Assembly: GCA_951804945.1 (NCBI GenBank)
Contig: OX638159.1
Span: 4,774,001-4,838,000 of the forward strand
Direction of reading: 5' to 3'
Source: Podarcis cretensis
Lineage: Eukaryota
DNA: 64,000 nt
This document shows, piece by piece, positions 37,830-51,076 of this stretch. Positions within the stretch are counted from its first letter, which is position 1. Each line of letters starts with the position of its first letter. The translations under genes and the position numbers were made by a program. Below the pieces are notes generated by a model that saw nothing but the letters and a program-made list of their open reading frames with translations, was not told where the DNA came from and ran no database searches.

Positions 37830-39584
37830 GGGCAGGAATGGGGCTTATTTTGTGTGCATCACTCCACTTGCCAAATGGCAGAGCTAACCCAGACAATTTG
37901 AGTGTGTGCCATTTCCCCCCATCAGGGCCGTCTGTCAGGGCTTCAGATTACTGTCAGGGAGTTAGGGTTGCCAAGTGCACAGTTGGGATAGGTGAGACTT
38001 ACCTGCTCTCTTTTACCACCAGCTGCCTCAGGACTTGAGCCCAAAGAAATCAAAGGCGTTGGGCAGAGACTGGACTGCTTCTTTGCCAAAAGACCATCCT
38101 TTGAGAACAGGGTTGCAGCCCGGCCTGCCCTTTGAGCTTTCACAACAGCTTGATCTGTTTTCACAACATGGAGAATAAATGTACAGCAAAAGGCACAGTT
38201 ACTGGTTGAAGGGCTGGCAACCCTATGTGAGAAAACAATTGATGATATTGCTATTATCGAAATTGTGCTACCTAGTCCAATGCACATTCACACATAATTC
38301 CTGAGGATTTCATTGAGGCTTATACCTAAGTAAAAAAGTACAGAAAACCAGTCGGGGGGGGGCAGGGAGAGGTTCCTACCACTTGGCAATTGGCAGTGCC
38401 ATTAATAAACAACAACATAGTGGTTGGCTGAAATATGTAACTTTAGCAATGTGACACTAGTTCTCATGGAGTAGCCAAATGTGCTTGGCATTATAGACAA
38501 ATATATAACGGTTATGCCTGGGTGTTGCAGAGACCAATGTCCCAAATATTTAAAGAACCATACCTATTATTTTTGTTGGCTTATTTATTCTCATATATAT
38601 CAGCCTGGGCATCTCTAAGGCATTAGTAAGATGAGAAATAAACTCATTCATTTATATTGTTTTTTTCCATATGCTGTACATTCCTGGCAACACTTACCAT
38701 AAATATAACATTACGGTTCCAGCCTTTGACCCTGTCTCTTTGACCCTTCAACAGCAATTTAATGTGCAGATATTATGAGGTGATAGTTTATCTTCATGCT
38801 GTGAAATGCCTCACACACTGATCTCTATAGCTGCTATTCAAAACAGAGGAGCAAGCCAAGGCTTCTACTTCCTCTGGTCAGTTGGCAACTCTAGCCATAG
38901 TTAAGCTTGGTCCCCAAAATGAAGTAATATCTACAACTAGCTTTCTGGAATAAGAACAAGAACAAAGTGTTTCCCTATGAATGCAATGCCCATTGTGAAC
39001 GTGTATGTGATCTTTCCCTTCTCAAAACCCACCTTTTGCCCTAAATCCTCATCAGAATCCATTGCATTGCCCACGTTCTTTCCTTCCCCTCTCATTTTTG
39101 TCATTGTCTATTTTAGAAGGTAAGTTCCATGTCTTTGTAACTTAGCCACTATGTACACTAATGGTTCTGTATAAATCGTCGTCATCATCAATATAATAAT
39201 TTACTTTAAAAACATCTCTTTTGTGTGATTCACATGACTGTATAATGATGGCAACTATCCTGTTAAGAAACAACCTCACCTTTTCTGCCAAGACTGACTC
39301 TTTAAGGTCAGCTTGGGACTTCATGGCCTCCATGACAACCATGGAGATATCTCCAATAATAACTAGCCATATACGTGAAACAAGCCACATGCTGGATTTG
39401 TTTTTTTCCACTCCCCTAGAAGTGCTGAAAGACACTCTTTGGACTGAATTTCATACCATTAATCTGCAGTATGAATAAACTAGTCTCCCTTTGGGCAAGC
39501 TACCTATGGGAGACTACTTTATTTATAGTGAAGAATAATGTTACCTGGTATTTTATATTGCTATCTTTCCTGAATCCTCTGTAC

Positions 39585-40105
39585 ATCATAGGATCATGGA
39601 ATTGTAGAGTTGGAAGGGATCCCAAGGATCATCTAGTCCAATCCTCTGCAATGCAGAAATCTCAACTAGATCATACATGACAGATGGCCACCCAACCTCT
39701 GCTTAAAAGCTTCCAAAGAAGGAAAGTCCACTACCTCTTGCGGGAGTCTGATCAACTGTCAAACAGCTCTTACTATCAGAAAGTTTTTCCTGATATTTAG
39801 TCAGAATCTCCTTTCTTGTAACTTGAATCCATTGGTTCAGGTCCTACCTTCCAGAGCAGAAGAAAACAAGCTTTCTCCATCCTCAATCTGCCAGCCCTTA
39901 AGATATTTGAAGATGGGTATCATATCTCTACTCAGTCTCCTCATTTCCAGACTAACCATACTCAGCTCTGTCAACTGCTCCTCGTAGGCTTGCTTTCCAG
40001 ACCCCTCATCATCTTGGTTACCATCCTCTGCACCCATTCCAGTTTGTCAACATCCTTCTTAAATTGTGGCGCCCAGAATGGGACACATTATCCCAAGGCA
40101 GAGTA
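39585..40105 (-). mobile_element. CR1 LINE 3' end
   Basis: [31 protein letters not shown] plus CR1 3'UTR (GGATTGGACTAGATGATCCTTGGGATCCCTTCCAACTCTACAATTC). Confidence 0.9.
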
Positions 40106-40393
40106 GAGGCTCACCTTGGCACCAGGACCACTGGGTATTGGCGAAGCTAGGCAAGGCGAAGCAGGCAGGAGATGATTGAGATGGGATGGGGGAGGCTGTC
40201 TTGCTGTCACTAGCCCAACAGGGGGGAAAGCGGGGGCCGGGAAGGGGGGTCCTCCTCAGTGCTCATGAAGCTTTCCTCTCCTTCGCCACCAAGAGGATGG
40301 GGAGGAGTCCAGGAAAAGCGCTGGAGGGTGGAGGCTCTGGGGTGATCTGAGCCATCACCAGGGTGTGCACCAGGCTGAGGAGAGATGCCCCTC

Positions 40394-40544
40394 CATGGGC
40401 ATAGCCAGGTTTTTTGTTCGTGGGGCAGGACTTGGTGGGGGGCAAGACTTTTGTTGGGGAAGGAGAACAGACGTGATTGGTCAGTTAAGCATTTCTGTTG
40501 TTTTACTTTATGGGGGGGAGCTGCCCCCCTTGGCTATTCCCATG
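40394..40544. mobile_element. CATGGGCRTAGCCA MITE (hAT-like)
   Basis: TIRs CATGGGCATAGCCA / TGGCTATTCCCATG; relatives near 32811-32924 and 53480-53525. Confidence 0.7.
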
Positions 40545-40680
40545 GGCTCCTCCCTGGCCTTTTGGGGGCTCCATTCATGTTGACGGAGTAAGGAAGCAGC
40601 AGCAACTCAGCCCAAAACAGTGCCTCTGGTTTCCTGCTCCCCAGCTCAGAGCCCATCAAGCCGTGCCAACAGGACAGGGC

Positions 40681-41221
40681 TGTATCACGAGCTCACTGGC
40701 TAACTGCCTAGTGAAATCAGAGACGCAGGGAGCTTCTTCTAGTTCTTTTATTTAAATCAACAGAAATACAGAGACCATGAAATATGGTCCCTCAAGACTT
40801 TGTTGAGTGCCCACTCCACCCCCCTTGCAGTACTTCCTGGCTTCCAAACCCCTCCTGCTGCCTATGGTGGCCGGTAAAGGAATCTTTCTGTCTCTGTTTG
40901 GTTTTCTTCTCTAAGATACAAAGGGAGCATCTGGTTGTAGGAGAAGGAGGAGGCTCTACCAGGCTTTCAAGTGACATGGTGTCAACTGTATGCTGTACTG
41001 TTTCTACCACTTCTGACTCCTGTCTCTGTTCAGGACTGGAGCATCTGCTAGCTTGTTCCTGTTCCTCATCCTCCATTATTTTGCAGCTTTCTTCTTCTGG
41101 ATTGTGTCCTGTTTGCCACCACTACAAATCTGGGTCCATACTATCTTTATCTGCCTCCTGCCAGGAAGCCTCCTGGGGTGGTGGTCTCCACCACTCCTCC
41201 TCATCTGGCCAGTCCCTGACA
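40681..41221 (-). mobile_element. Possible solo LTR
   Basis: Minus strand begins TGTCAGGGA and ends GATACA, with AATAAAA about 70 nt before the end. It lies between two CR1 pieces; no clean TSD. Confidence 0.45.
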
Positions 41222-41294
41222 GGCTGTAAGTTGTACTGTCTCCAACTTTGAATGTGCCAGTACTGTGTACCGTTGAGTACTGCCAGAAAACAAG

Positions 41295-41738
41295 CACTTA
41301 CTAAAACCCTCAGATCCTTTTCACATGTACTACTGGCAAACCAGATGTTCCCCATCGTATATTTGTGCATCTGGTTCTTCCTAACTAAGAACAGAACCTT
41401 ACATTTGTCCCTATTGAAATTCATTTTGCTAGTTTGGGCCCAGTTCTCCAGTCTTTTAAGGTCATATTGAATCCTGATTCTGTCTTCAGTGGCATTGGTG
41501 TCATCTGCAAATTTTATGAGCATCCCCTCAATACCTTCATCCAAGTTGTTTATAAAGATGATGAAGAATAATAGGCCCAAGAGAGAATCCTGTGGTACCA
41601 CACTTTCCAGTTTTTGCCAGGATAACGAGGAACCGTTAGTGAGAACTCTTCAGGTTTGGTCAGTCAATGAGCTACAAATTCTCCTAACAGTTATCTTGTC
41701 CAGTCCACATTTTAGCAGCTTCTTTGCAAGAATATCAT
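41295..41738 (-). mobile_element. CR1 LINE RT fragment
   Basis: VPQDSLLGLLFFIIFINNLDEGIEGMLIKFADDT...FNRDKCKVL (CR1 RT core with FADD). Confidence 0.92.
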
Positions 41739-41925
41739 TCTGCAGCAATTGTAAAGAGAGTGGGGTTGGATTCAAATGAGTTGTTAATTAACCCACATAT
41801 ATGATGATAACCTTATCACTGGGCCTCCTAACTGTATTGGGCCACTATGTTTTCAGTTTTACAATTTTCTAGGCAGTTAGGGTTTATAATTGTGTTTCCC
41901 TTATGATTTGTTTTAAAACACATTA

Positions 41926-42143
41926 CAGTGGTGCCTCGGGTTATATACGCTTCAGGTTACAGACTCCGCTAGCCCAGAAATAGTACCTCGGGTTAAGAAC
42001 ATTGCTTAAGGATGAGAACAGAAATTGTGCAGTGGCAGCAGCGGGAGGCCACATTAGCTAAAGTGGTGCTTCAGGTTAAGAACAGTTTCAGGTTAAGAAC
42101 AGACCTCTGGAACGAATTAAGTACGTAACCAGAGGTACCACAG
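41926..42143. mobile_element. CAGTGGT-family Tc1/mariner MITE
   Basis: CAGTGGTGCCTCGGGTTA / TAACCAGAGGTACCACAG, TA TSD. Confidence 0.85.
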
Positions 42144-42735
42144 TAGCCTTTTCTCATCTAGCATATTTTGTCATACCAAAATCTGCTAAATAAACACAAC
42201 ATAATAGACACTGTGATTTCCTTGTCTTAGACTCTAAATCACTGCCATTTCATGAGAGCTTATTCTAAACATACTTTACAAGTTAACACTTCTCACTAAC
42301 ACTTTCATGTTATCCAGACTAAATTGCATTCACATTCTGTTTTTGATTGTCAGATATCTATCTGTATCAAATTCAGTATGGAGACATATATAATAACTTC
42401 CTCTTGATGTCATGTCTACTTTGCTATTTTCTGAACCTATTGGAGTCAGCAGCAATGGTGCCCATGAGCCATGAGCGCAGATAGAGGCTTTCGCTGTCAC
42501 CAACAGGATCACCTTCCTTACTGAAAATGGCAATACTTTCTGACAAGTATCTACTGATATCAAAGGCTGACCTTCAGTGCAGCAGGATAAAGAGACCTCT
42601 TTTAGGTGGCACCATGAGGGAGGGGTGAAGGCAGGAATTCAGTTTTGAATGGCACTGTATGATTTTCAAAGTATTGGTCCTAAAAGAGGGGGCACCATTT
42701 GAGCTTTGCTTCTGACTGAAAAAAAAGTCTACTTA

Positions 42736-42900
42736 CCATATTTTTCTGTGTATAAGACACCCCCATGTATATGGGGACTATTTTGGGGGACTCCAAATTA
42801 AGAAAACACCCCTCAGCACTACTTGTGTATAAGATGAGCCCCAATTTTAAACCTAATTTTTTGGTAAAAAAAAACTAGTCTTATACACTGAAAAATACAG
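42736..42900. mobile_element. Short CC(G/A)TATTTTT MITE; second copy 58998-59152
   Basis: TIRs with GTGTATAAGAC; shared core GGGGACTCCAAATTAAGAAAACACCC. Confidence 0.85.
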
Positions 42901-43153
42901 TATATTGACCACCCCAGACTTGAAGGGCTGTGTGAAGGACAGCTAAGCTAGCCTGGAGTCTGGTGATACAGTGCATTAGAATTCCCCCAGAGGGCTGGAG
43001 CCTCTCTCTGATTGGCTACCAAGACAGCTAACAAGAGCGGGGTGGAGTCAGCACTTTGCGGCGGGGGGGGGGGGATAAAAGGAGCCGTTTCTGGGGGAGT
43101 GTTCTCCCTCTTACTGCAGTTCCTTATACACACTCACTCACACACACACAGAC

Positions 43154-43202
<49 letters not shown>

Positions 43203-44080
43203 TCGTATTTTTCGCTTTATAGGGCGCACCTGGCCATCGGGCGCACCTAGTTTTCAGAGGGGGAAATCAAGGAAAAAATGTGATTTCCCCCCCCCCCCCA
43301 AGCTCTGGGAACAGCGGACAGGCTGCACGCAGCCTGTGCACTTCTCCCAGACCTTCTCCCTGCTATTGCTGGAGGTGGGGGAATTCCACCACCTCCTGCA
43401 AAAGCCCACAGGAGGGAGAAGGGACGGACTCGGCCAGTCAGTCCCTTCTCCCTCCTCGGGGAAAAGACCCCAAGAGCGGCGAGCTCTTTAAAGGCTGCGC
43501 AGCTCCTGCGGGGTTTTGCGGGAGATGGGGGAATCAGCTTTTTTTGCTGCTGCTGCATCACACTTTTGACTCATGTTAAGCTTGTGGTCTATTAAGGCCC
43601 CTAGATCATTTTTGCTTGTACTACTGGCAAGCCGGATGTCCCACATCTTATATATTTGTGCAGCTGGTTATCTCTGCCTAAGTGCAGAACTTCACATTTG
43701 TCCCTATTGAAGCGAGATCTGTCAGGCTGCTAATGCTGTTAACCCCTCCATTTTATGCTCAGGTTGTATATATGTTTAAATACAACTATATATCCTAAAG
43801 ACACCACAGTCTCTGCTGATCTTCATTCCAATGAAACCAAACGCTTGGAATCTCTCAACATTCTCTCAGTGCTGCTTTCCCCCACCACCAACCTCAAAGA
43901 GCAGACTCTCCTGGCTTCAGCAGAAGCAACGTGAAGCCTCTGGAGCGCAGGCTTCGGAGGCTTCGCGTTGCTATCGCTGAAGCCAAGGAGCCTGCATTCG
44001 CCCCATAGGACGCACACACACACACATTTCCCCTTCATTTTTGGAGGGGAAAAAGTGCGTCCTATAGAGCAAAAAATACG
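43203..44080. mobile_element. CCGTATTTTTCG-family MITE or composite enclosing a CR1 fragment (~43535-43712)
   Basis: Ends CGTATTTTTCGCTTTATAGG / CCTATAGAGCAAAAAATACGG; (TA)/(CA) microsatellites on both sides. Confidence 0.7.
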
Positions 44081-44116
<36 letters not shown>

Positions 44117-44129
44117 TCTGCATATTCCA

Positions 44130-44790
44130 ATTCAACTTAATCATTCATTTGTCTACTTTAAATGTATCCCCTTATAAAACTATAGGTTGTTACAATAATC
44201 CTGCCAATGTTTACAGTTCCTTTGTAAATATTAAATAAACCGTTTCCATTCTTTTATAAAAAGTTTGTTTTCTTGATTTCTTATTTTTCTGGTAAGTTTC
44301 ACCATTTCTGCATATTCCATAAGTTTTTGTATCCATTCTTCTTTTGCTGGGACTTCTTTCCATTTTTGGGCAAATAACATTCTTGCCGCTGTGGTCACAT
44401 ACTGTACATGAGTAAATTTCTATACCGTTTGGGTAGTTCTGTCCTAAGCAAAGCTTCTGTTGTTGTTTTTTTAAAAAATCCTTTTCCAATTAATTATATA
44501 TCATTTCATTCCCCAGTAAGCTTTAACCTTACTACAAGACCTCCACATATGATAAAAAGAATCTTCTTTCTCTTTACATTTCCAACATTTATTTGATTTT
44601 GATTTATACCTTTTTGCTAATTTACTCACTGTTAAATACCATCAATATAACATTTTCGTACATTTTTCTCGTAGATCACAGCATGCTGTGAATTTTATAT
44701 CCATATTCCACAATTGTTCCCTTGCTTCCATATCTATATTATAACCAGTATCTATTGCCCTGTCTATTACACAAATCAACCTGATCTTTG
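44130..44790 (-). mobile_element. Degraded L1-clade 3' fragment
   Basis: AIDTGYNIDMEAREQLWNMDIKF and WKCKEKEDSFYHMWRSC remnants, homologous to the 479-aa ORF, with stops and frameshifts. Confidence 0.8.
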
Positions 44791-46917
44791 TCCATCCTGG
44801 CACCATTGTACTAGTCTCATAGCCAGAGGCTCATCCGGGGTGGGGATTGATAAAGTCATGACTCATCACTAGACGAACATGTTGTTGTCCCACTTCTGGA
44901 CTTGATTTCCCCATTTCTCCTACTTCCTGGAATAGGCCTCATAAACACATGTTTCAGACTGAGCTAGCAGGGAAGGGGCAGCAGCATGGAATAGTTGGAG
45001 CGGGTGTCTCCAAGCAAGTAGCATCTCTGAGTGATCAGCACAATCTTATCACTCAACTCTAGGTTGGTTCTCTGGTCTTATGGTTCTTTATCCTTAAACT
45101 GGACCTGGATCAGAGCGCCCTTCAAATAGAGGGCTGACACCTGCAAAGTAGGACAGATGGCCACCCTGCAATGTAGCCAACAAGTTAATTTTCATTTTTA
45201 AGACTTCCATCCAGGCAGGCAAGAGCCATGATCAGAGTTCAAGGACACATTCCAACCAGGTAATGACTCAAGGTGGATGTAAAGCAAGTCTGCTGAGGGG
45301 TGTGGCTAATGAGGGGGTCACCCTGGGGGTGAGTCCCATGGGACAGGTATAGTCTCAGAGGGCCACATTTGGTTCCTCACCTCTGTGCTAGAGTACTTGT
45401 TTTTCATTATCTGGGGTTAGTATCCATGATCAGAGAGATCAATTGGCATGTTATGATGCAAAGTACTGGTTATTTTATTGCATTAGCAGACTATCAAGAA
45501 GCAATTTTCTTATTTTTAACACATATCTTCTGATTAAGGCTGCTTTCCAAATCCAGTTATTGTGAATACAGTTACTGTATTCAGTGTGATCTCGTTTCTG
45601 CATCCATGCAGTTAGAACGGGTGTGTGAAAATTTTATTGGCTCTTAATAGGGAGCCCATATGATATTGTTAGGGGACATTCAGCACAGAAACGTGTGTAT
45701 GCCTTTAAGACGTTTCTGGGATTAATTGGCTGCAGCTGGCCGTTGCTATAAAGGAAAGAAAGCTGAGTTTTGTAGCCTGCCTGCAGGAATAACACCCACC
45801 AGAGTTTGTGTTTATTGTTTAGTAATAAAGTCTTTGTTTTAGTTTGGGTTTTTACACCTATGTCTCCTGGAGTCACTCTGTCCTCTGCCACCTCCCCCTC
45901 CAACAGATATAACCCACTCATTTATCTCATACTTAGCCTATAGAAGAGCAAGATGACTGTTTGCCTTTGAACAGATTATCTCTTAAAATGTGGTTTCAAT
46001 TTTTTTCTAATCATTTGAGTGTTCTATCAATTGAGCCCTAAAGCTTTATTGATGACTACATTCCTTTGTTGTTCTCTTTTGTTGTCCATCAGCTGAACCA
46101 ATGATACCTGCCATCCTTATGAAGCACACTTTACCTGTAATCCTTCCACTGTTAGGTATTAAAAACTATTATGTTTTAAATATTTGTGGGGATACCTAAA
46201 TTTGGACTTTGCATGGAAATGTCACATACCTTGCATTTCATGGTTTCTTGGCATCACTGGTAAACTTCAACCCTCCTGATCCATGTGTGTATTTGTGTGT
46301 ATATACGAAAGATAATACTTTATGCATCAGATGGTCTTTAGTTTCTACATAAGTGGTGGCATCTTTCATTCTCCATAGTGTTGTCTAGTATTCCAGTATG
46401 CATGCTCTCTTATTATAGTTTAAACTTGCATATAACTTGTAACTAACACACACTACCTAATGTAATTCCATTAAGTCTAGCCCTATTATAGTGAGTAATC
46501 CAAAATCCATTTCCAACCCAAAAGCAATATATTTAGGCTGCAGCCAGGGTCTGAATCCTGTGTGCTTATCACTGATGAACTTAAATATGCATAGAAATAT
46601 ATAAAAATAAAATAAATTGTCCAGTAGCACCTTAGAGACCAACTAAGTTTGTTCTTGGTATGAGCTTTCGTGTGCATGCACACTTCTCCAGATACGCTAA
46701 AACAGAAGTCACCAGACCTTTAAATATAGTGAGAGGGTAGGGTGTTACTTTTACAGTTATTCTTCTTCATTGCCCTTTTTGTTATTAACCTTTAATTCAT
46801 GATGAAGTAAGTTTATGTAAGAGCTAATTACGTATATTTAGAAGTAAGTTCTATTGAATTAAATGGGGTTTGCTCTCAGGTAAGTGGAGTTAGGATTGCA
46901 GTCAAAATCTTTAAGTA

Positions 46918-47457
46918 ACGTATTTTTCGCTCCATTGGACGCACTGGACCATAGGACGCACAGGACCATAGGAGGGGGAGAACAGGGGAATTTTTTTTTC
47001 TTGTTCTCCCCCTCTAAAACAAGGTGCGTTCAAGGTACATTCACCAGAGCTTGTGGGGCTGACAGTGGGGGGAAGCGCTGCTTTCCCCCACCGCCAGCCT
47101 CATAGATCCCTGAAGCCTTTGGAGCGCAGCGCCCCGCTGCCCTGGAGAGGCTGTGCGCACAGCCATCCCCAAGCTAGAGCAGTGAGACAGAGCCCTCCGT
47201 CTCGCTATTCTGGCTTGGGAACAGCCTTGCTGGCTTCTGCAGGACAGCAGGGTGAAGGCACCCCGCTGCCCTGGAGAGGCTGTGCGCGCAGCCACCCCCA
47301 AGCTAGAGCAGTGAGACGGAGCGCTCCGCAGTCCTCCGTCTTCCTGTTCTGGCTTTGGGCTTAGCGGCGCAGCCTGCATTCGCTCTATAGGACGCACACA
47401 CATTTCCCCTTAATTTTTGGAGGGGAAAATGTGCGTCCTATAGAACGAAAAATACGG
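46918..47457. mobile_element. CCGTATTTTTCG-family MITE, long variant with internal direct repeats
   Basis: TIRs and TA; the segment CCCCGCTGCCCTGGAGAGGCTGTGCGC..CCCCAAGCTAGAGCAGTGAGAC is duplicated. Confidence 0.85.
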
Positions 47458-48044
47458 TAGGTTGATGCATAGTGTGAAAGCACAGCAGTTTCCATGTGAA
47501 GACATGGGATTGAACTAGGTAATTCTTAGGGAAATTTCAGTTGTGTTGCACGATGTTTATGTGACTATTAAAAAAAACAGTAGTTTTATTCTTCTGCATG
47601 AATGACATGGGATAAGAAAGGTTGTGCCCAGTGTCAGGACACAGACTTCAAATCATGCAATGCACTAAAAACCCAGATGTGCAGTTAAGTGCTTTAGTAA
47701 GGATGGATTCCTGCAAAAACCTCAGAGAATCTCATTAAGGTGCACACAATGGTGTCTCACATATTTCTGCTAAAAGCAGATCTTTGCAGTCTGTCAGAAG
47801 CTACTTTAAAAGCTCCCTTGAGTTTAGGATTTGTTAGACAGTCTGTGATGGCACACCCTGCTCTTGGAAGGAGGGAATACAGAAGACCACAGAATGCATG
47901 GAGCTTGCCCACTGATTGCAGTCTAAGAACTGATTCATACCTTCATTAAACCAACAGATTTAGAGTGCAGTCTTAAACACACTAACTAATGGCTGGAATG
48001 TGGTTTGTTTGGTTGTTGTTGTTGTTTTGCTTTTGTTGTTTTTA

Positions 48045-48130
48045 AGGGATGGCATCCAATTTCGTTGCACTTGTGCAATGTTGCACTTGGGTAATGACAA
48101 TAAAGAATCTATCTATCTATCTATCTATCT
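48045..48130 (+). mobile_element. Rex1/Babar-like LINE 3' tip
   Basis: AATTTCGTTG...AATGACAATAAAG followed by (ATCT)n, the 3' signature I associate with Rex1. Confidence 0.55.
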
Positions 48131-48472
48131 AAAGAATAAGCTCCATTGAATATAGTGGGATTTGCTCCCGAATAATCATACATTAGGAGTGAACTGCTAG
48201 GAGCACTGCAAATTGTTTAAGTGGGTGTAAAAATAGTTGGGTATCTTCATGTTGTCTCTGTATAGAGGGTTTTAGAGGATAGGGCATAGAGGATCCAAGA
48301 GGAAGGGGAACGGCCCTGTGTCATTTGAGGTTTGTAAGTGTGATGCGGCAGTTTGGAGCTTGGGGGAGCTCTCTGTCCCCCCAGAAATCTGCATCAAAAA
48401 TTACTGATGGCAACATCAGGTGGTGCTGGTTACAGAAAATGCCAGAAGTCAGATCATGCACATTATTCCATT

Positions 48473-48720
48473 AGGTAAAGGTAAAGGACCCCTGGACAGT
48501 TGAGTCCAGTCAAAGGTGACTATGGGGTGCGCTGCTCATCTCGCTTCAGGCCGAGGGAGCTGATGTTTGTCCACAGAAAGCATTCCAGGTCATGTGGCCT
48601 GCATGACTCAACTGCTACTGGTGCAACGGGACACCGTGACGAGTGCCAGAGCACACAGAAATGCCATTTACCATCCCGCCACAGTGATACCTATTTATCT
48701 ACTTGCACTGGTATGCTTTG
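48473..48720 (-). mobile_element. Sauria SINE 3' part
   Basis: AGGTAAAGGTAAAGG tail and body similarity. Confidence 0.85.
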
Positions 48721-48734
48721 TGCTGGGTTGGCAG

Positions 48735-49522
48735 CCCAAGATGATCAGGGGTCTGGAAACCAAGCCTTACAAGGAAAACTTGAAGGCGCTGGGTATGTTT
48801 AGCTTTGAAAATATGAGATTAAGAGGAGATATGATAGCCACCTTCAAATATCTTAAGGGTTGTCACATGGAAGAAGGAACAAGCATGTTTTCTCCTGCTT
48901 TGGAGGGTAGGACTCAATTCAATGGCTTCCAGTTCCAATAAAGGAGATGCTGACAAAACATCAGAAAGAACTTTCTGAGAGTAAGAGCTGTTTGACAGTG
49001 GAACAGACACCCACAAGAGATGGTGGACTCTCCTTCTTTGAAGGTTGTTAAGCAGAGGTTAACAACGCGGGTGGTGCTGTGGGTTAAACCACAGAGCCTA
49101 GGACTTGCCGATCAGAAGGTCGGCGGTTTGAATCCCCGTGATGGGGTGAGCTCCCGTTGCTTGGTCCCTGTTCCTGCCAACCTAGCAGTTCGAAAGCATG
49201 TCAAAGTAGATAAATAGGTACCACTCCGGTGGGAAGGTAAACGGCGTTTCCGTGCGCTGCTCTGGTTCGCCAGAAGTGGCTTAGACATGCTGGCCACATG
49301 ACCCAGAAGCTGTACGCCGGCTCCCTCGGCCAATAAAGTGAGATGAGCGCCGCAACCCCAGAGTCGGTCACCACTGGACCTAATGGTCAGGGGTCCCTTT
49401 ACCTTTAAGGAGAGGTTGGATGGACATCTGTCATGGATGCTTTAGCTGAGATTCCTGTATTGCAGGGGATTGTTCAGGTTGACCCTTGGAATCCCTTCAG
49501 ACTCTAAGATGCTACTATTCTA
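48735..49522 (+). mobile_element. CR1 3' end interrupted by a Sauria SINE
   Basis: KMIRGLETKPYKENLKALGMFSFENMRLRGDMIATFKYLKG; the 3'UTR resumes at 49407. Confidence 0.9.
49061..49405 (+). mobile_element. Sauria SINE, full length, nested in CR1
   Basis: tRNA-like head and CCCTTTACCTTT tail; TSD TAAG(C/G)AGAGGTT at 49049-49060 and 49406-49417. Confidence 0.93.
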
Positions 49523-51035
49523 TTAAGTGATTTTCAAACTTCAATTTATTTTAGTGGGACTAAGCATTATTGGATGTGGAAGTGTGCTCAAGATCTTTCA
49601 AAGTCTATTCTTGAGACAACACATAGGAGTAGTTATTTATTTATTTTAAATTGACACAGGAAGATAAAATACAGCTTTCTTCTGTCTCAATGGGCTTAGT
49701 GACTGGAGATCAGAAGCTGAACTTGATGATACTGGATGAGAACTGTCTTTCTAAAGCCAGCAGAATAGAACAAGCTGAAAAGCTTTGCCCTTCCCGTGTA
49801 ATTGGAACTGTCATGATAATGATTGTTTTAGTCACCACTTGACATGGAATGTAGCTGATGCTGACTGAAGAACAAATTCTACTGCCTCTGTTCTTTAAAT
49901 TAATTCTATTCTCATGTTCAGTAATTTGAACTGGTTAATTACAAAAATATGGACTCCCCTCCGCCTTCTCCTGGTTCCTAAAAGAGTTTAGAGCTTCACT
50001 GTATGGATACACTTCCATATATATATATAGTTTGTGCATGCAGATGTGTATACATACAGATGTATGTGTTTGTGTAAAACTGTTTAAATAGTAAGGTTGC
50101 AGGAAAATGTTCTGTAAATGGACTCATGCTTATCTTGAAACTTTCCCAATGGAAAACATGTTGGGATTATTCATTTCACCTTTCAGATCAGCTGGATTTG
50201 AAAGTCTTCTTGTTTTGTCAGACTAATGTCCTGCAAAAATGAGCTGATCAGGCTTGGCAGATCTGTGTAACAGAAACTCTCTTATCCCTAAACACCAGTT
50301 ATCGTACCTGCAACACTTGCTTTCAAACAGTAGTCTGAGCAGGGTATTTAAAAGATTCAAGGCACAAACACATGGCTGTGACACAAATTTGTATAACATT
50401 TGCACATGCTAATTTCTATGTATAGATGCTTCTGGGAAATTAAGGTGGTGGGTGGCTGGACTGTGCTTTGCAACGCCCTATAAGCCACATATGGAGGACC
50501 TTCAGACTGTGGGCCAATCTTGGCCCACCAGGTGGTTGAGGTTGGCCCAAGAGTCCATTTCCCCCAAAACATGCCCATCCACCCATCAGCTGGTGTCACT
50601 TGTGAGGTCCTCTGATAGGTGCAAGAGTAAGGTTAAATCCTGCATTGGCTGTGTGTGCCTGTTTCCATTGGGAAACAGAGGCATGCTGCCAAACTGAGCA
50701 TACAAACCCCCTCTAAACCAAGAAGGAGTTTGGATTATGAACCTCTGCTGAAATTGAGGCTTTCCTCATTTAGCAGAGGTTTCCGTGCAAACCTGCCTGG
50801 GATCCCTTGCTAAAGCAATGGGAGAAAACCCTCCCATTTAGCAGGCTCTCTGAATCAGGAAAGGGTGTGCACCAGAATTTCCTGCGGAAATGAAAGGTTG
50901 TTCATCATCATTTAGGCAGAGGATCCATGGAAATCCCTTGCTAAAATGAGGGCAGAAACCCTCACTTTTTGCAAAGTGGCAAAATTGATGTACATTAACC
51001 TATACTGCAGCCACAGTAAAGTCAGAGGTTTCTAG

Positions 51036-51076
<41 letters not shown>

